From IMG/VR virus record IMGVR_UViG_3300028840_004876: 57,483 nucleotides of DNA; one strand, written 5' to 3'. Under the pieces are notes generated by a model, which was not told where the DNA came from, searched no databases, and was given only the letters and a program-made list of their open reading frames with translations. The translations under genes and the position numbers were made by a program. Below are positions 40,891-50,789 of the stretch, piece by piece (within the stretch, counting starts at the first letter, position 1; the number at the start of each line of letters is the position of its first letter). The DNA is from a virus.

Positions 40891-43164
40891 ATGAAGAAGC
40901 AGGCAGTGATGGGTCGCGTCAAGAGTCGCAGAAGCGTGCGGCGGAAGAGCTCGATGGTCCGGGGTCTCCAGTCGTGGTATGCGAGCTTGGCGAACACTCG
41001 CCTGACTCCCTTGCTCAGAGCACAGGACCCGTTCAACAACCACGCCTGGGTTATGGCGGCGGCGGTCACGACGGCCGTCGTCGCCTCACAGGCGCCGTTC
41101 ACGGTCTTCCGCGAGACGCCTGATGAGATCAACAGGCGTCGGGCGAAAGCTCGCGGCGGCTTCCGGCTGCGTCGTGGATCCATGCGCACGATGGTCCAGC
41201 GCGTCATCCAGCGCAGCGCCGAGCACCGCTTTCTGAAGGCGAGCCTCGGTCTCGAGCCGGACTACGATCACGCGCTCTCGCGTCTGCTCGCGCACCCCAA
41301 CCCGCACCAGCATGGGTCGCAGCTCTTTCAGATGACCGAGCTCTGGCTCTCCGTTCGCGGCGAGTGCTTCTGGGTCCTCGAGAAGGACAACGGCGAGCCG
41401 ATGCTTCCGGGCGATGTCCCGGACCGCATCTGGCCGCTGAGTCCCGATCTCTTCAAGCCGATCCTGAGCGACGGCGGTTTCGGCGAGCTCGTGGGCTGGG
41501 AGATGAGCAGCGCGTACTACATGCCGCATCGTCTCAAGGGCATCAAGGTCCCGCTGCCGCTGGGCGACGTGGTCCAGTTCAAGTACCCGAATCCCGACGA
41601 TCCGCTGCGCGGCCTGTCGCGTCTCGGCGCTGTCGCACTCGGCATCGAGATCGACATGCTGGCGAAGGCGCATAACCGGGCGGTCATCGAGAACGGTGGC
41701 GACCCGGGCGGCGTGCTGATGTACGACGAGATGATGGAAGAGGAGGAAGAGAAGGAGTTCATGTCGAAGTGGAACTCCATGTACGGCGGGCCTGAGAACG
41801 CCCGTCGCACGGCTCTTCTCTCCGGCGGGTTCAAGTACGCGAGCATCGCACTGAGCCCGAAGGATATGCAGTTCCTCGAGCAGCAGAAGTGGGACCGCGA
41901 AGAGGTGCTCGCCGTGATGGGCGTTCCTCGCTCGGTCCTCGGCGTCCCGGACCAGAACTACGCAACGCAGCTCGGACAGGACGCGAACTTCTGGGACAAG
42001 ACGCTGCTGCCGCTGATGAAGCTCGAAGAGACGACGCTCGACGCAACGCTCTTCCACAACGAGACGGACGACGTCGTCGGCATGCACGACGTTCGCGACG
42101 TGGAAGCGCTGCGCGTGGGCATCTCGGAGAAGACCAAGACCGCGCTGGACTTGACGGACCAGCGACTCCACATGCCGCCTCGCGTCGCGTACGACATCGT
42201 GGGCCTCAGCGTTCCGGAGTACGAGAACGACGATGTCTCGATCTGGACCCCCGCGGACGAGACGGTGACGGACCAGCCAGAGCAGAGTGCCGCTGCTGCT
42301 ACCATGACGACGTCACTCGACACCCCTGAAGATCGCGTCGTGGGAGCTGGCGACTCACTCGAGCTGATCCGTCACCGACTCGCCCGCGCCAAGGCCAGGC
42401 GATGGGAGGAGTTCGCGGTCGTTCAAGAGACGGCCGAGGACGACCTCAGCACCCGGTGGCGTTCGTGGAACAGCGAGGAGAAGCGCGTTGTCCTCGCGGC
42501 CTTCGACGAAGCGAACAAGGCCAAGCAGATTCGCGCGCTGCTCAAGGAAGGCGACGGCAATCTCAGCGCGTTCCTTCCGACGGAGCAGGAAACGTCTCAG
42601 CGGTTGCGCCCGAAGGTGAGGCCGTTCTACGACGCGACGCTCGGCAAGACGTACGAGTTCACCATCGAGGAACTCGGAGTCCCGGTGTTCGCGCCGGACG
42701 ACGCGCTCATCGTGGACGTCCTCGAGAAGCGCGAGGCGCTGTTCGCGGGCAACACGTCTGCGTCGCTGCGCAAGCGGATCTCCGCGCAGGTGGAAGCGTG
42801 GGCGCAGACCGGTGACAACATCAGTGAGCTGCGCAAGCGCGTCGCGTCGGTGTTCAACGTCAACGCGTCGTCGGCCAAGACTCTGAGCGTGGCGCGGACC
42901 GAGGCGGGCGGGTACATGAACGCGACCCGTGACGCCATGTTCGGCGCGCAGGGCGTGCTCAGGGAGGCGTGGTCCACAGCGGGTGACGAGCACGAGCGCG
43001 ATACGCATCACACGTACGGGCTGGCCGAGCCGCAGGATCGCGAGTTCAACTATCTCTCGCTCGGTCCGAACACGGGCAAGGGTACGCTGGCCTTCCCTGG
43101 CGACTCACGCTGCACGGAGCTCGCCGAGATCATGAACTGCCGGTGCTTGAAGGTCCCGGCTTAG
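40891..43164 (+). CDS. Portal protein fused to a Mu gpF / SPP1 gp7-like minor head domain
   Basis: Size and position fit a portal. The C-terminal ARTEAGGYMNATRDA...WSTAGDEHERDTHH...FPGDS...NCRCLKVP is the MuF-family signature. Confidence 0.8.
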   Translation: MKKQAVMGRVKSRRSVRRKSSMVRGLQSWYASLANTRLTPLLRAQDPFNNHAWVMAAAVTTAVVASQAPFTVFRETPDEINRRRAKARGGFRLRRGSMRTMVQRVIQRSAEHRFLKASLGLEPDYDHALSRLLAHPNPHQHGSQLFQMTELWLSVRGECFWVLEKDNGEPMLPGDVPDRIWPLSPDLFKPILSDGGFGELVGWEMSSAYYMPHRLKGIKVPLPLGDVVQFKYPNPDDPLRGLSRLGAVALGIEIDMLAKAHNRAVIENGGDPGGVLMYDEMMEEEEEKEFMSKWNSMYGGPENARRTALLSGGFKYASIALSPKDMQFLEQQKWDREEVLAVMGVPRSVLGVPDQNYATQLGQDANFWDKTLLPLMKLEETTLDATLFHNETDDVVGMHDVRDVEALRVGISEKTKTALDLTDQRLHMPPRVAYDIVGLSVPEYENDDVSIWTPADETVTDQPEQSAAAATMTTSLDTPEDRVVGAGDSLELIRHRLARAKARRWEEFAVVQETAEDDLSTRWRSWNSEEKRVVLAAFDEANKAKQIRALLKEGDGNLSAFLPTEQETSQRLRPKVRPFYDATLGKTYEFTIEELGVPVFAPDDALIVDVLEKREALFAGNTSASLRKRISAQVEAWAQTGDNISELRKRVASVFNVNASSAKTLSVARTEAGGYMNATRDAMFGAQGVLREAWSTAGDEHERDTHHTYGLAEPQDREFNYLSLGPNTGKGTLAFPGDSRCTELAEIMNCRCLKVPA

Positions 43165-43172
43165 GAGGAAGC

Positions 43173-44336
43173 ATGAGACTGATCGAGGACCAGGACGAGC
43201 TCGTCGCTCGACTGCGTGAGCTCGAGGAGCTGGCGGGTCCGGGCCACGTGCGCCTCCACGGTCGCACAGAGTCGGGCCACGCGCTTCTGCGCAAGACCGT
43301 GGGGCGCATCGACAAGGCGCCGAAGGTGCCGAGTGCGAAGGCGCTTCAGAAGCTCGCCGAGGCGCTGGGCATCCAGTGGACCGAGGGACTCGAGGAGCGC
43401 GTCCTTCCGTACTGGGCGTCGGACGAGCGCGTCGACGGCGACGGCGACATCATCCGGCAGGTCTGGCACTTCAACGAGTTCGCCAAGAACTCGCCGCTGA
43501 TGTACTCGCACGACTGGTTCTCGCCGCCCATCGGGCGCGCGCTCCAGTGGAAGGTCGTCGGCCGCAAGGAGGACGACTACAAGGGCAAGGCGCTGTGGCT
43601 CCTCGAGCTCTTCGCAACGCAGGAGCAGAGCGCGTTCGCTGACAGTGTGTTCCGTCTCGTCCAGGCGGGGCTGCTCGTGAGCGGGTCGGTCGGGTTCTAT
43701 GCGACGCAGGTTTCGGACCCGGACGACGCCGAGCGCGAGAAGCTCGGTCTCGGGCGGTACGGACTGATCTTCGAGGAGAACCATCTCCTCGAGTTCTCGA
43801 CGTGTCCGATTCCGTGCAACGCCGGGGCGCATGTCGCTCGTGCGCTCACCGGCGCGAAGGGGGTGATCAAGCCGTCGGACGTCACCGTCCTCCGCGAGTC
43901 GTGGCGGTCCACGTTCACGCGAGGTCCGGGTGACGCCGAGCGCTGGGTCGAGATCGAGAGAGGCATCGTCGCTCTCGCTCGTGCGCTGTGGCCGCAGGAG
44001 GACTTCCGAGTTCACGACGAGCTCGACGTCCCGATGCTCACGACGCTCAGCTTCTCCCCGGAGCCCGAGGATGACTCGGAGCCCGAGATCGAGGAGGTGG
44101 AACCCGCCGAGCTGGATCCCGAAGTTGCCGTGCGTCTCGACGCGCTCGAGGAGCGCTTCGAAGAACAGATCAGCATCCTCAACGACATTCGCTCGGGTGT
44201 CGAGCGGATCGAGAGATCGTCCAGGTCGGTGTCTTCCGACGCGGGCGACCACGAGGGAGGCGAGACCAGCGAGGCGCTGCGGCGCGCGATGGACGACCTC
44301 TCGAAGCGCATTGGTGAACCGGTCACCGAGCGCTAG
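43173..44336 (+). CDS. Prohead protease (HK97/S78-type) with a scaffold-like C-terminal half
   Basis: The start was moved to the ATG that follows aggaggaagc. WASDERVDGDGDII...FAKNSPLMYSHDW. The C-terminus is acidic and helical. Confidence 0.7.
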   Translation: MRLIEDQDELVARLRELEELAGPGHVRLHGRTESGHALLRKTVGRIDKAPKVPSAKALQKLAEALGIQWTEGLEERVLPYWASDERVDGDGDIIRQVWHFNEFAKNSPLMYSHDWFSPPIGRALQWKVVGRKEDDYKGKALWLLELFATQEQSAFADSVFRLVQAGLLVSGSVGFYATQVSDPDDAEREKLGLGRYGLIFEENHLLEFSTCPIPCNAGAHVARALTGAKGVIKPSDVTVLRESWRSTFTRGPGDAERWVEIERGIVALARALWPQEDFRVHDELDVPMLTTLSFSPEPEDDSEPEIEEVEPAELDPEVAVRLDALEERFEEQISILNDIRSGVERIERSSRSVSSDAGDHEGGETSEALRRAMDDLSKRIGEPVTER

Positions 44337-44371
44337 TCACAGAGCATCTCACTCACAAGGAGAACATTGAG

Positions 44372-45763
44372 ATGAGCGGAAACGCACCCACGACCCTCGA
44401 GGAGCAGGTCGCCACCGTCGTCCAGCGGGTGAACGGTCTTCTCGACGGCGACGAGTCGCTGAGCGCGACGCAGGAGAAGCTCAAGGCGCTGAAGGAGTCC
44501 GTCGATGGACTCGAGGCGCTCAACATCGCCGGCGTCGTCGAGGAGATCGAGAAGCTCCGCGCCGCCCAGGAGCTGCTCGTCAAGCAGATCCGGACCAGCC
44601 GCAAGGGCGTCTACGTCCCGGGCGTCGAGGAGGAGGACTTCTCGGTCGTCAAGGCGATGATCGGCGTTCGCACCGGCCGGTGGAAGGACGCCGGCAAGGA
44701 GAAGGAGATCATGCTCGAGGCGGCCCGCATGAAGGCGGGTCAGACCTCCGGTGACGACGAGGCCGGCGGCTTCTTCATCCCGGACCAGGTGATCCCCGAG
44801 GTCATCGGCGCGATCTACACCCGCTCGGCGTTCATCGCGCTGGACGGGAACGGCGACACCCGCGTGAGCGTCCTCGAGGGCCTCACCGGCGGGACCGTCA
44901 AGATCCCGAAGTTCGACGGCGGCCTCATCGCGTACTGGATCGGCGAGGAAGACGCCTACGCCGCCAGCGTCGCGGACGTGGGCGACGTCACCATGACGCC
45001 GAAGAAGCTCGGCGTTCTGGTCCGCCTCACCGACTCGATGGTCAAGCTCCAGGGCTACGGCTTCGAGCGGATGATCCGGAACGAGATGGCCACCGCGTGC
45101 GCCAAGAAGCTCGACTTCACGGTGATGTACGGGCGCGGTGGCGACAACATGCCACGCGGCATCGCCCACATGCGGGACATCAAGATCTTCTCGAACGAGC
45201 AGAAGACCGTGTACACCCGCGACCAGGTCGAGGCCGCCTCGTCGCCGCTCGGCGACTGGGACGGCGCCGAGCTCACGTTCGACACCCTCAGCGAGATGGA
45301 GCTCGCGCTCGAGGAGGACGACATCACGCTCGACTCCACGCACGCGTGGATCACCTCGCCGCGGGGCATCAACTACCTCAAGCGTCTGCGCATCCCGAAC
45401 TTCTCGGGCGACACCGAGGGGCAGTACCTCGTCGGCGTGCCGTACCTCAGCGACACCAAGCTGCAGGACGTCGTCGGCCACCCGTTCGGCAAGTCGACGC
45501 AGATCCCCAGCGACAACGTCCCGGGCGAGACCATCAACGGCGCCACCGACTCGACGACCGAGAAGTACACGGACGTCGTCGGCGGCAACCTGGGCAACGT
45601 CGTGGTCGGCCGCTGGGCCGGCATCGAGGTGGACGACGACGGCGGCAAGGGCCCCGGGTTCCTCCGCGACCACCTCTACATCAAGCTGAAGATCTACGCG
45701 GACGTTCAGGCGCGGCAGCAGCGCGGTCTGATCCTCTGCCCCGACGCGCAGTGCCGCGCCTAG
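44372..45763 (+). CDS. Major capsid protein (HK97 fold)
   Basis: The position after the protease, the 463-aa length and an N-terminal coiled delta-like region are typical of the HK97 family. Confidence 0.8.
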   Translation: MSGNAPTTLEEQVATVVQRVNGLLDGDESLSATQEKLKALKESVDGLEALNIAGVVEEIEKLRAAQELLVKQIRTSRKGVYVPGVEEEDFSVVKAMIGVRTGRWKDAGKEKEIMLEAARMKAGQTSGDDEAGGFFIPDQVIPEVIGAIYTRSAFIALDGNGDTRVSVLEGLTGGTVKIPKFDGGLIAYWIGEEDAYAASVADVGDVTMTPKKLGVLVRLTDSMVKLQGYGFERMIRNEMATACAKKLDFTVMYGRGGDNMPRGIAHMRDIKIFSNEQKTVYTRDQVEAASSPLGDWDGAELTFDTLSEMELALEEDDITLDSTHAWITSPRGINYLKRLRIPNFSGDTEGQYLVGVPYLSDTKLQDVVGHPFGKSTQIPSDNVPGETINGATDSTTEKYTDVVGGNLGNVVVGRWAGIEVDDDGGKGPGFLRDHLYIKLKIYADVQARQQRGLILCPDAQCRA

Positions 45764-45819
45764 GTGAGCGCGTAGCTCACTCAGGTTGAACCGCAACTCA
45801 AAGTTCAGGAGGAACGCCA

Positions 45820-46224
45820 GTGACGATCGCGAAGAACGCCCTTCAGATCGGAAAGGAGAAGGGCCTCCCCTCCGACGCCGTCCCCGTCAGCGGCATGACG
45901 GCCTCGGACATCACCGGCACGACCGCCGTCGCGGCTCTCGCTCCGAGCGCGAGCACGAAGGCGCTGTACGTGACGGACATTCTCGTTCACAACAAGACGA
46001 TCGCCGAGGACCCGGTCATCACGATCCAGTCCAACGCGTCCACCCCGGTCCCCATTCTTCAGTGCCTGCCGTCCACGGCGGGCGCCGGGAATGGGCACTT
46101 CTCGGCGAAGTTCGACCCGCCGGTGAAGGTGGCCACGGGCAAGAGCGTCATGGGAGTCGCGGCCTCGGCGGTCGGCGATTGCCGCGTGACGGTCAACGGG
46201 TACGAGGGCACGCCGGGCGTCTAG
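45820..46224 (+). CDS. Hypothetical head-associated protein (134 aa)
   Basis: GTG start after the caggagga RBS. Confidence 0.55.
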   Translation: MTIAKNALQIGKEKGLPSDAVPVSGMTASDITGTTAVAALAPSASTKALYVTDILVHNKTIAEDPVITIQSNASTPVPILQCLPSTAGAGNGHFSAKFDPPVKVATGKSVMGVAASAVGDCRVTVNGYEGTPGV

Positions 46225-46255
46225 CTCGGGACCTCCCAACTCCAAGGAGACCACA

Positions 46256-46738
46256 GTGAAGGGTAACAACTTCTTCCACGCGGCCATCCCCGTCGCCGGA
46301 CTGCTCTCGCAGGTCGTGAACAACACGACCGTGGTGGGCGCCGCGATCAAGGAGCCGTGGACCAAGGGCCGGCAGCTGGCGGTCATGGTCAACTGCGGGG
46401 CGCTCCCCGCGACGACGTCGCTGATCATCAAGCTGCAGCAGCTCGCGCGCTCCGACGGAACCACGTGGTCCGACGTCCAGGACTACGCGGGGACCTCGGA
46501 CCTCGAGTTCCTTCAGACGCTGTACGACGACGGCGGCGACGGCGAGTCCGCCGTCCTTCTCGGCACGGTGCCGCTGAGCCACATCGACAGCGACACGTAC
46601 GAGGCGCTGCGCATCTCGGTCCAGAACGAGGCGGCGACGGCCGCGCCCGTCGGCGTGACCTGCGTCATCTTCGATCTCTACGAGAAGCCCAGCGGGGTGA
46701 CGGACTACCTCTTCTCGGCCTGCCGCTACGCGAGCTAG
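46256..46738 (+). CDS. Hypothetical head-associated protein (160 aa)
   Basis: GTG start after the aaggaga RBS. Confidence 0.55.
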   Translation: MKGNNFFHAAIPVAGLLSQVVNNTTVVGAAIKEPWTKGRQLAVMVNCGALPATTSLIIKLQQLARSDGTTWSDVQDYAGTSDLEFLQTLYDDGGDGESAVLLGTVPLSHIDSDTYEALRISVQNEAATAAPVGVTCVIFDLYEKPSGVTDYLFSACRYAS

Positions 46739-46898
46739 GCTGATCCACGATGAATGACAACCCGCGCGACAGGACGGGCCAGGGCGACGCGCCCGCCGAT
46801 CCGGTACCGCCTCTGCGTAGTGCCGCGCCAAGCGTGCGCGTCGTCCTGCGCACGTCCGTCGTGCGGGTTCGCCTCAAGCACGATAAGGAGCGAAGCGA

Positions 46899-47255
46899 AT
46901 GAGCACCGACAGCCTCGACCTTCTGACGCTCGTCGTCGGCTCGACGCGACCCTTCGAGATCGAGATCGCGGACAAGAACAACGAGGACCTCGACCTCACT
47001 GGCGTAACGCGTGCCTCGTTCCGCATTGCGGACAGCGTCGAGTCCACGACGTACGTCCTCGAGCTCGACACCGACGAGGGCGACCTCGCAGTCGGGTCGG
47101 GCAAGCTCACGGGCTCCATGACGCAGACGCAAGCAGACGCGCTCACCACCGGCGAGTACGTGGCCGAGGCCTCGTTGCTCATCGACGGTGGGTGGCAGCA
47201 CACGGACATCTTCCACGTTCGCATCCGACCGGCCATCGCGGAGCACCTCGCATGA
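46899..47255 (+). CDS. Hypothetical virion protein, Ig-like or beta-sandwich-like (118 aa)
   Basis: ATG follows the aaggag RBS. Confidence 0.55.
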   Translation: MSTDSLDLLTLVVGSTRPFEIEIADKNNEDLDLTGVTRASFRIADSVESTTYVLELDTDEGDLAVGSGKLTGSMTQTQADALTTGEYVAEASLLIDGGWQHTDIFHVRIRPAIAEHLA

Positions 47256-47779
47256 TCACGACCGCAGAGTTGCGCAGAGCGCTGGGCTGGGGCCCGGACC
47301 GCGAGGACGAGTTGCCGCTGATTCGCGACGCTGTCATCGGGCTCTGGGAGGACACGACCAAGTTCCTGTGGAACACCCGCGCCGCGCACGTCCAGGTGTT
47401 CGAACCACGGCCGCGCACGACGCAGCTGTTCCTCGAGCTCATTCCTGTCACGTCCATCACGGCCGTCAAGGAACGCAGCTTCGGTGACACAGCGTGGACG
47501 ACTCTCGACTCGGACTACTACGAGGTGACAGGGCGTCGCACGCTCGAGCGCATCGGCGGCGGTTCGTGGGGTGAGCAGGTTCACGTGACGTACGCTGGCG
47601 GCGCTGACGTCGCAGACGCGCAGATACGCCGAGCGCTGATCGCGCAGGTCAAGTTCGAGGCCGCGATCCCCGCCGGCGTCCAGGCGAAGACGGTGAACAA
47701 GGCCACAACGAAGTTCCACGATCCGACGCTTCACCCGTTCTTCGCGATGATGGCGAAGAGGAAGGGCCGCAAGCTGTGA
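47252..47779 (+). CDS. Head-tail connector (gp6-like)
   Basis: ATGA overlap with the upstream stop. MITTAELRRALGW...DELPLIRDAVIGLWE is typical of head-tail connector proteins. The start was moved from the Arg-rich track start at 46754. Confidence 0.55.
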   Translation: MITTAELRRALGWGPDREDELPLIRDAVIGLWEDTTKFLWNTRAAHVQVFEPRPRTTQLFLELIPVTSITAVKERSFGDTAWTTLDSDYYEVTGRRTLERIGGGSWGEQVHVTYAGGADVADAQIRRALIAQVKFEAAIPAGVQAKTVNKATTKFHDPTLHPFFAMMAKRKGRKL

Positions 47780-48459
47780 CCGACTCTGTCGTGCTCTTCA
47801 TGAGCAAGGAGACGTTGCGCGGGTTGGAGCGTCTGAAAGGCACGCTCGGTCCGCGCAAGTTCACGACGGTGATGGACCAGTTCTTCGAGCACGAGTCGGC
47901 CAAGGCGGCCGGCCACGTCTCGGATACGATGCTCAGCGGTCAGCGGCTCAAGCGACGGACCGGGGCGCTGGCTAGGTCGATCGTGGGGCGGGGTGTCCGC
48001 TTCGGCAAGGCACCAGCCATGCGAGTCGGCGTCTTTCGAGGAGCGGCCGCAGAGGACTACGCCCGCATCCAGGAGAAGGGCGGGGTCGTGAAGGCCAAGC
48101 CAGGCAAGGCGCTGGCCATCCCCATGAAGCATGCGAAGACGCCGGCGGGTGTGCCGCGGTGGGACTCGCCACGCGACGCGCCGGTTGAGCTGAAGCTGAT
48201 CCCGTTCACGTCGGGTGGAACGGCGAAGGCGGGGCTCTTCGACGCGAGGAGTCTCGAGGCCGCCGAGCGCTACGACGGGACGATTGACATGAAGAAGGCG
48301 AAGCTCTACTACCTGCTCGTGAAGCAGGTTCGCATTCGCGGCAAGCACTATCTCCGAGACGGGTTCCGCGACTTCTTTCCGATCCTCATGGAGGACCTCG
48401 CGGAGTTCGTGGTCGGCAAGTTCCGCACCGCATTCTGGACCAGAGGAGTTCTCAGGTGA
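47776..48459 (+). CDS. Head-tail joining / tail completion protein (HK97 gp10 / Mu gpG-like)
   Basis: GTGA overlap with the upstream stop. SGQRLKRRTGALARSI resembles the RTGxLxxS motif. Confidence 0.45.
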   Translation: MTDSVVLFMSKETLRGLERLKGTLGPRKFTTVMDQFFEHESAKAAGHVSDTMLSGQRLKRRTGALARSIVGRGVRFGKAPAMRVGVFRGAAAEDYARIQEKGGVVKAKPGKALAIPMKHAKTPAGVPRWDSPRDAPVELKLIPFTSGGTAKAGLFDARSLEAAERYDGTIDMKKAKLYYLLVKQVRIRGKHYLRDGFRDFFPILMEDLAEFVVGKFRTAFWTRGVLR

Positions 48460-48893
48460 GCTCGTTCAAGACGATGATGGAGACGTTCAAGACGCTCGCG
48501 AAGGAGGTGCGCTCCGGCGCGTACTTCGCGAAGCGCGGCGCCATCGTCTGGGCCGAGTTCCCGTGGGACCAGTGCGGCAAGGATCGCGCGATCTCAATCC
48601 AGGTGGACGAGGGCTCGCTGCTGCGAAACGATACGCAGATGCTGCCGTGCGCAGTGACGATGGAAATGGCAGCACCGATGCCGGACCCCGCTGAGATCGC
48701 CGAGATCGACAGCGACCTCGAAGATGAGATGATCGAGGACGCGCGGTGGATTCTCAGCACCATTCTCGCACGAACCGACGACGGGGGCGACCCAGTCGTG
48801 TTCAAGGTGGATCGTGACGCGCCGTTCGTGGAGTTCCACGACGCGTCGCTGAAGGTCCAGGGACTCGTCGTATACTTCAAGGCTACCTGCTAG
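48456..48893 (+). CDS. Hypothetical virion protein (145 aa), candidate tail terminator by position
   Basis: GTGA overlap with the upstream stop. Confidence 0.4.
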   Translation: MSSFKTMMETFKTLAKEVRSGAYFAKRGAIVWAEFPWDQCGKDRAISIQVDEGSLLRNDTQMLPCAVTMEMAAPMPDPAEIAEIDSDLEDEMIEDARWILSTILARTDDGGDPVVFKVDRDAPFVEFHDASLKVQGLVVYFKATC

Positions 48894-48903
48894 GAGGCCG
48901 AAC

Positions 48904-49980
48904 ATGAGCGTGTCAGGCGCGCAGGAATTCTGGGTCGTCGGTTCGCGGCTGTACTTTCAGCGTGACGCCGTCGACTCCGTGGATCAGCCGTACGTGGACC
49001 TCGGCGTCATCCAGACGGCGAACCCCAGTCTCGAGGTCGAGAAGCTCACGCTTCAGGACTCGGACGGCGGGCTGAAGGTCGACGTCGACGAGGCGATCGC
49101 GAGCATCACCGAGACGTACGAGATCGTCTGCTCGAACATCAACATGCACAACCTCGCCATGCTGCTGATGGCGGAGCCGCCGAGCGCCTTCACTCAGACG
49201 GCGGAGCAGAAGTCCGTGGTCCACGACGTCCCGAAGGTCGGCGGTCTCGTGAAGATCCACGACTCCGATACGGATCTCACGAACCTCTTCAACCTCTACG
49301 CCGTCTCGGGTGTCGTGAGCGACCCGGCGGATCTCACGACGGCCGTGCTCACCGACATCGTCGCGTCCACGAAGACGCTGACGATCACCGGGGACCTCTC
49401 CGGCGATCTCAGTGCCGGCGATCAGATCGTCGTGTACCGCACCGGCCTCAGCGATCTCCGCAACGCGAAGACGCTCACGGTCGTGTCCGTGACGTACACG
49501 ACGAGCACCGCCGTGGTCGTGTCCGAGGCCGTGTACGACGAGACCACGATCACCGGCTCCGTGCTCTACGCGGCGTCCGGCGACAGCGGCACCGTCTACG
49601 ACCAGGACACGGACTGGGAGGTCGTGAACCTCTCGCGCGGCTTCATCCGCATCATCGACGGTGGCGCGATCACGACGGACGGGACGGACGTGTACGTCAT
49701 CTTCCAGCTCAACGCCCTGTCGGGCAACCGGCTGGCGATGCCGCACACACAGCAGGACGAGATCAAGGGGACCGCGCTCATCATGTGGTCGCGTGACAAC
49801 CACGCGGCGCAGACGGTGCGCGAGGCTCGCGTTTCGATCACGCCGGCCAGCTCGGCGCTGAGCGCCGACGAGTTCTCGAACATCACGTTCACGGTGAAGG
49901 TGCTCAACGTCATCACGAGCACGACCGAGCCCGCCGGACGTGTCGTCCACTTCAAGGGCACGGTGCCCAGCGAGTCGTAG
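48904..49980 (+). CDS. Major tail protein (by position)
   Basis: aggagg RBS upstream. It immediately precedes the chaperone pair and the tape measure gene. Confidence 0.55.
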   Translation: MSVSGAQEFWVVGSRLYFQRDAVDSVDQPYVDLGVIQTANPSLEVEKLTLQDSDGGLKVDVDEAIASITETYEIVCSNINMHNLAMLLMAEPPSAFTQTAEQKSVVHDVPKVGGLVKIHDSDTDLTNLFNLYAVSGVVSDPADLTTAVLTDIVASTKTLTITGDLSGDLSAGDQIVVYRTGLSDLRNAKTLTVVSVTYTTSTAVVVSEAVYDETTITGSVLYAASGDSGTVYDQDTDWEVVNLSRGFIRIIDGGAITTDGTDVYVIFQLNALSGNRLAMPHTQQDEIKGTALIMWSRDNHAAQTVREARVSITPASSALSADEFSNITFTVKVLNVITSTTEPAGRVVHFKGTVPSES

Positions 49981-50031
49981 TAACTAGCTCCCGGTCGCAC
50001 CTCGTCACCGCAGCGTCGAGGATAGAGCTTC

Positions 50032-50061
50032 GCGAACCGCTGAGCGACCGCAGCGGTTCGC
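50032..50061 (+). terminator. Hairpin gcgaaccgctg-agcgaccg-cagcggttcgc after the major tail gene
   Basis: 11-bp perfect stem. This is a possible attenuator that lowers expression of downstream tail genes. Confidence 0.5.
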
Positions 50062-50088
50062 ATCACATTCGTGCTGCGGAGGAAGGTC

Positions 50089-50607
50089 ATGACGGAGAAG
50101 AAGAGCGCGACGGCTATCATCGTGCCCCAGGGCACCCTGGTGGCCCTGGAGCAGGGTCTCAGCGCACGCGTGTTCCCCATGGGGTTCGCGCACATCCAAC
50201 GGTTCAGCGGCGACCTGGGGCGGGTAGCGCTTGCTCTCGTCCAGGCTCTCGAGCACGACAAGGCTGCGAGCGAGATGGAGGTCGGCGCTGCCGTCGCGGC
50301 GCAGGCACTCCCGGTGCTCGTCGCCGAGGCGATGGACCTCGTCCTCGCGTGCACGCGCTTCGAGTCGAACGGTGAACCGGCCGAGGTGAAGTTCGAGGAC
50401 CTGCCTCACTGGTGGGCGCCGCCCATCATCGAGGCGTGGCTCGTCGAATCGTTCGGCGAGGAGAAGAAGCGCGACCCTTGGGTCAGGGCGATCGAGTCGA
50501 CGATCGCCCGAGTGACGGGAGCCGAGGTGAAGATCTCGGGGATGCTGTCCAAGGCCTGGTCTTCGCTGGCCACGAGCTTCGGGACATCCTCCGAGGACAG
50601 CAAGTAG
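50089..50607 (+). CDS. Tail assembly chaperone (gpG-like)
   Basis: The start was moved to ATG 50089, which follows ggaggaagg. The gene lies directly upstream of the tape measure gene. Confidence 0.6.
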   Translation: MTEKKSATAIIVPQGTLVALEQGLSARVFPMGFAHIQRFSGDLGRVALALVQALEHDKAASEMEVGAAVAAQALPVLVAEAMDLVLACTRFESNGEPAEVKFEDLPHWWAPPIIEAWLVESFGEEKKRDPWVRAIESTIARVTGAEVKISGMLSKAWSSLATSFGTSSEDSK

Positions 50608-50789
50608 GACTCCCGTATCCAGGATGGACATGGCCGCAGTTCGAGTTCTACGCGAAACGCGCTCTTGCCGTACGCAGCGAGCTCATCGCATCGCTGTCCG
50701 AAGTGGTGACAGGGTCGATAGGCGCGCTCTTCGATAAGAAGGCTGGCGCAGCACTCGAGAAGTGGCTGAAGGAGTTGCGGAGCAACTAG
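50412..50789 (+). CDS. -1 frame extension of the tail chaperone (gpT-like part of a G-T frameshift product)
   Basis: This ORF is in the -1 frame relative to 50089..50607 and overlaps its 3' end. It has no in-frame ATG and ends 1 nt before the tape measure ATG. Confidence 0.5.
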   Translation: MGAAHHRGVARRIVRRGEEARPLGQGDRVDDRPSDGSRGEDLGDAVQGLVFAGHELRDILRGQQVGLPYPGWTWPQFEFYAKRALAVRSELIASLSEVVTGSIGALFDKKAGAALEKWLKELRSN

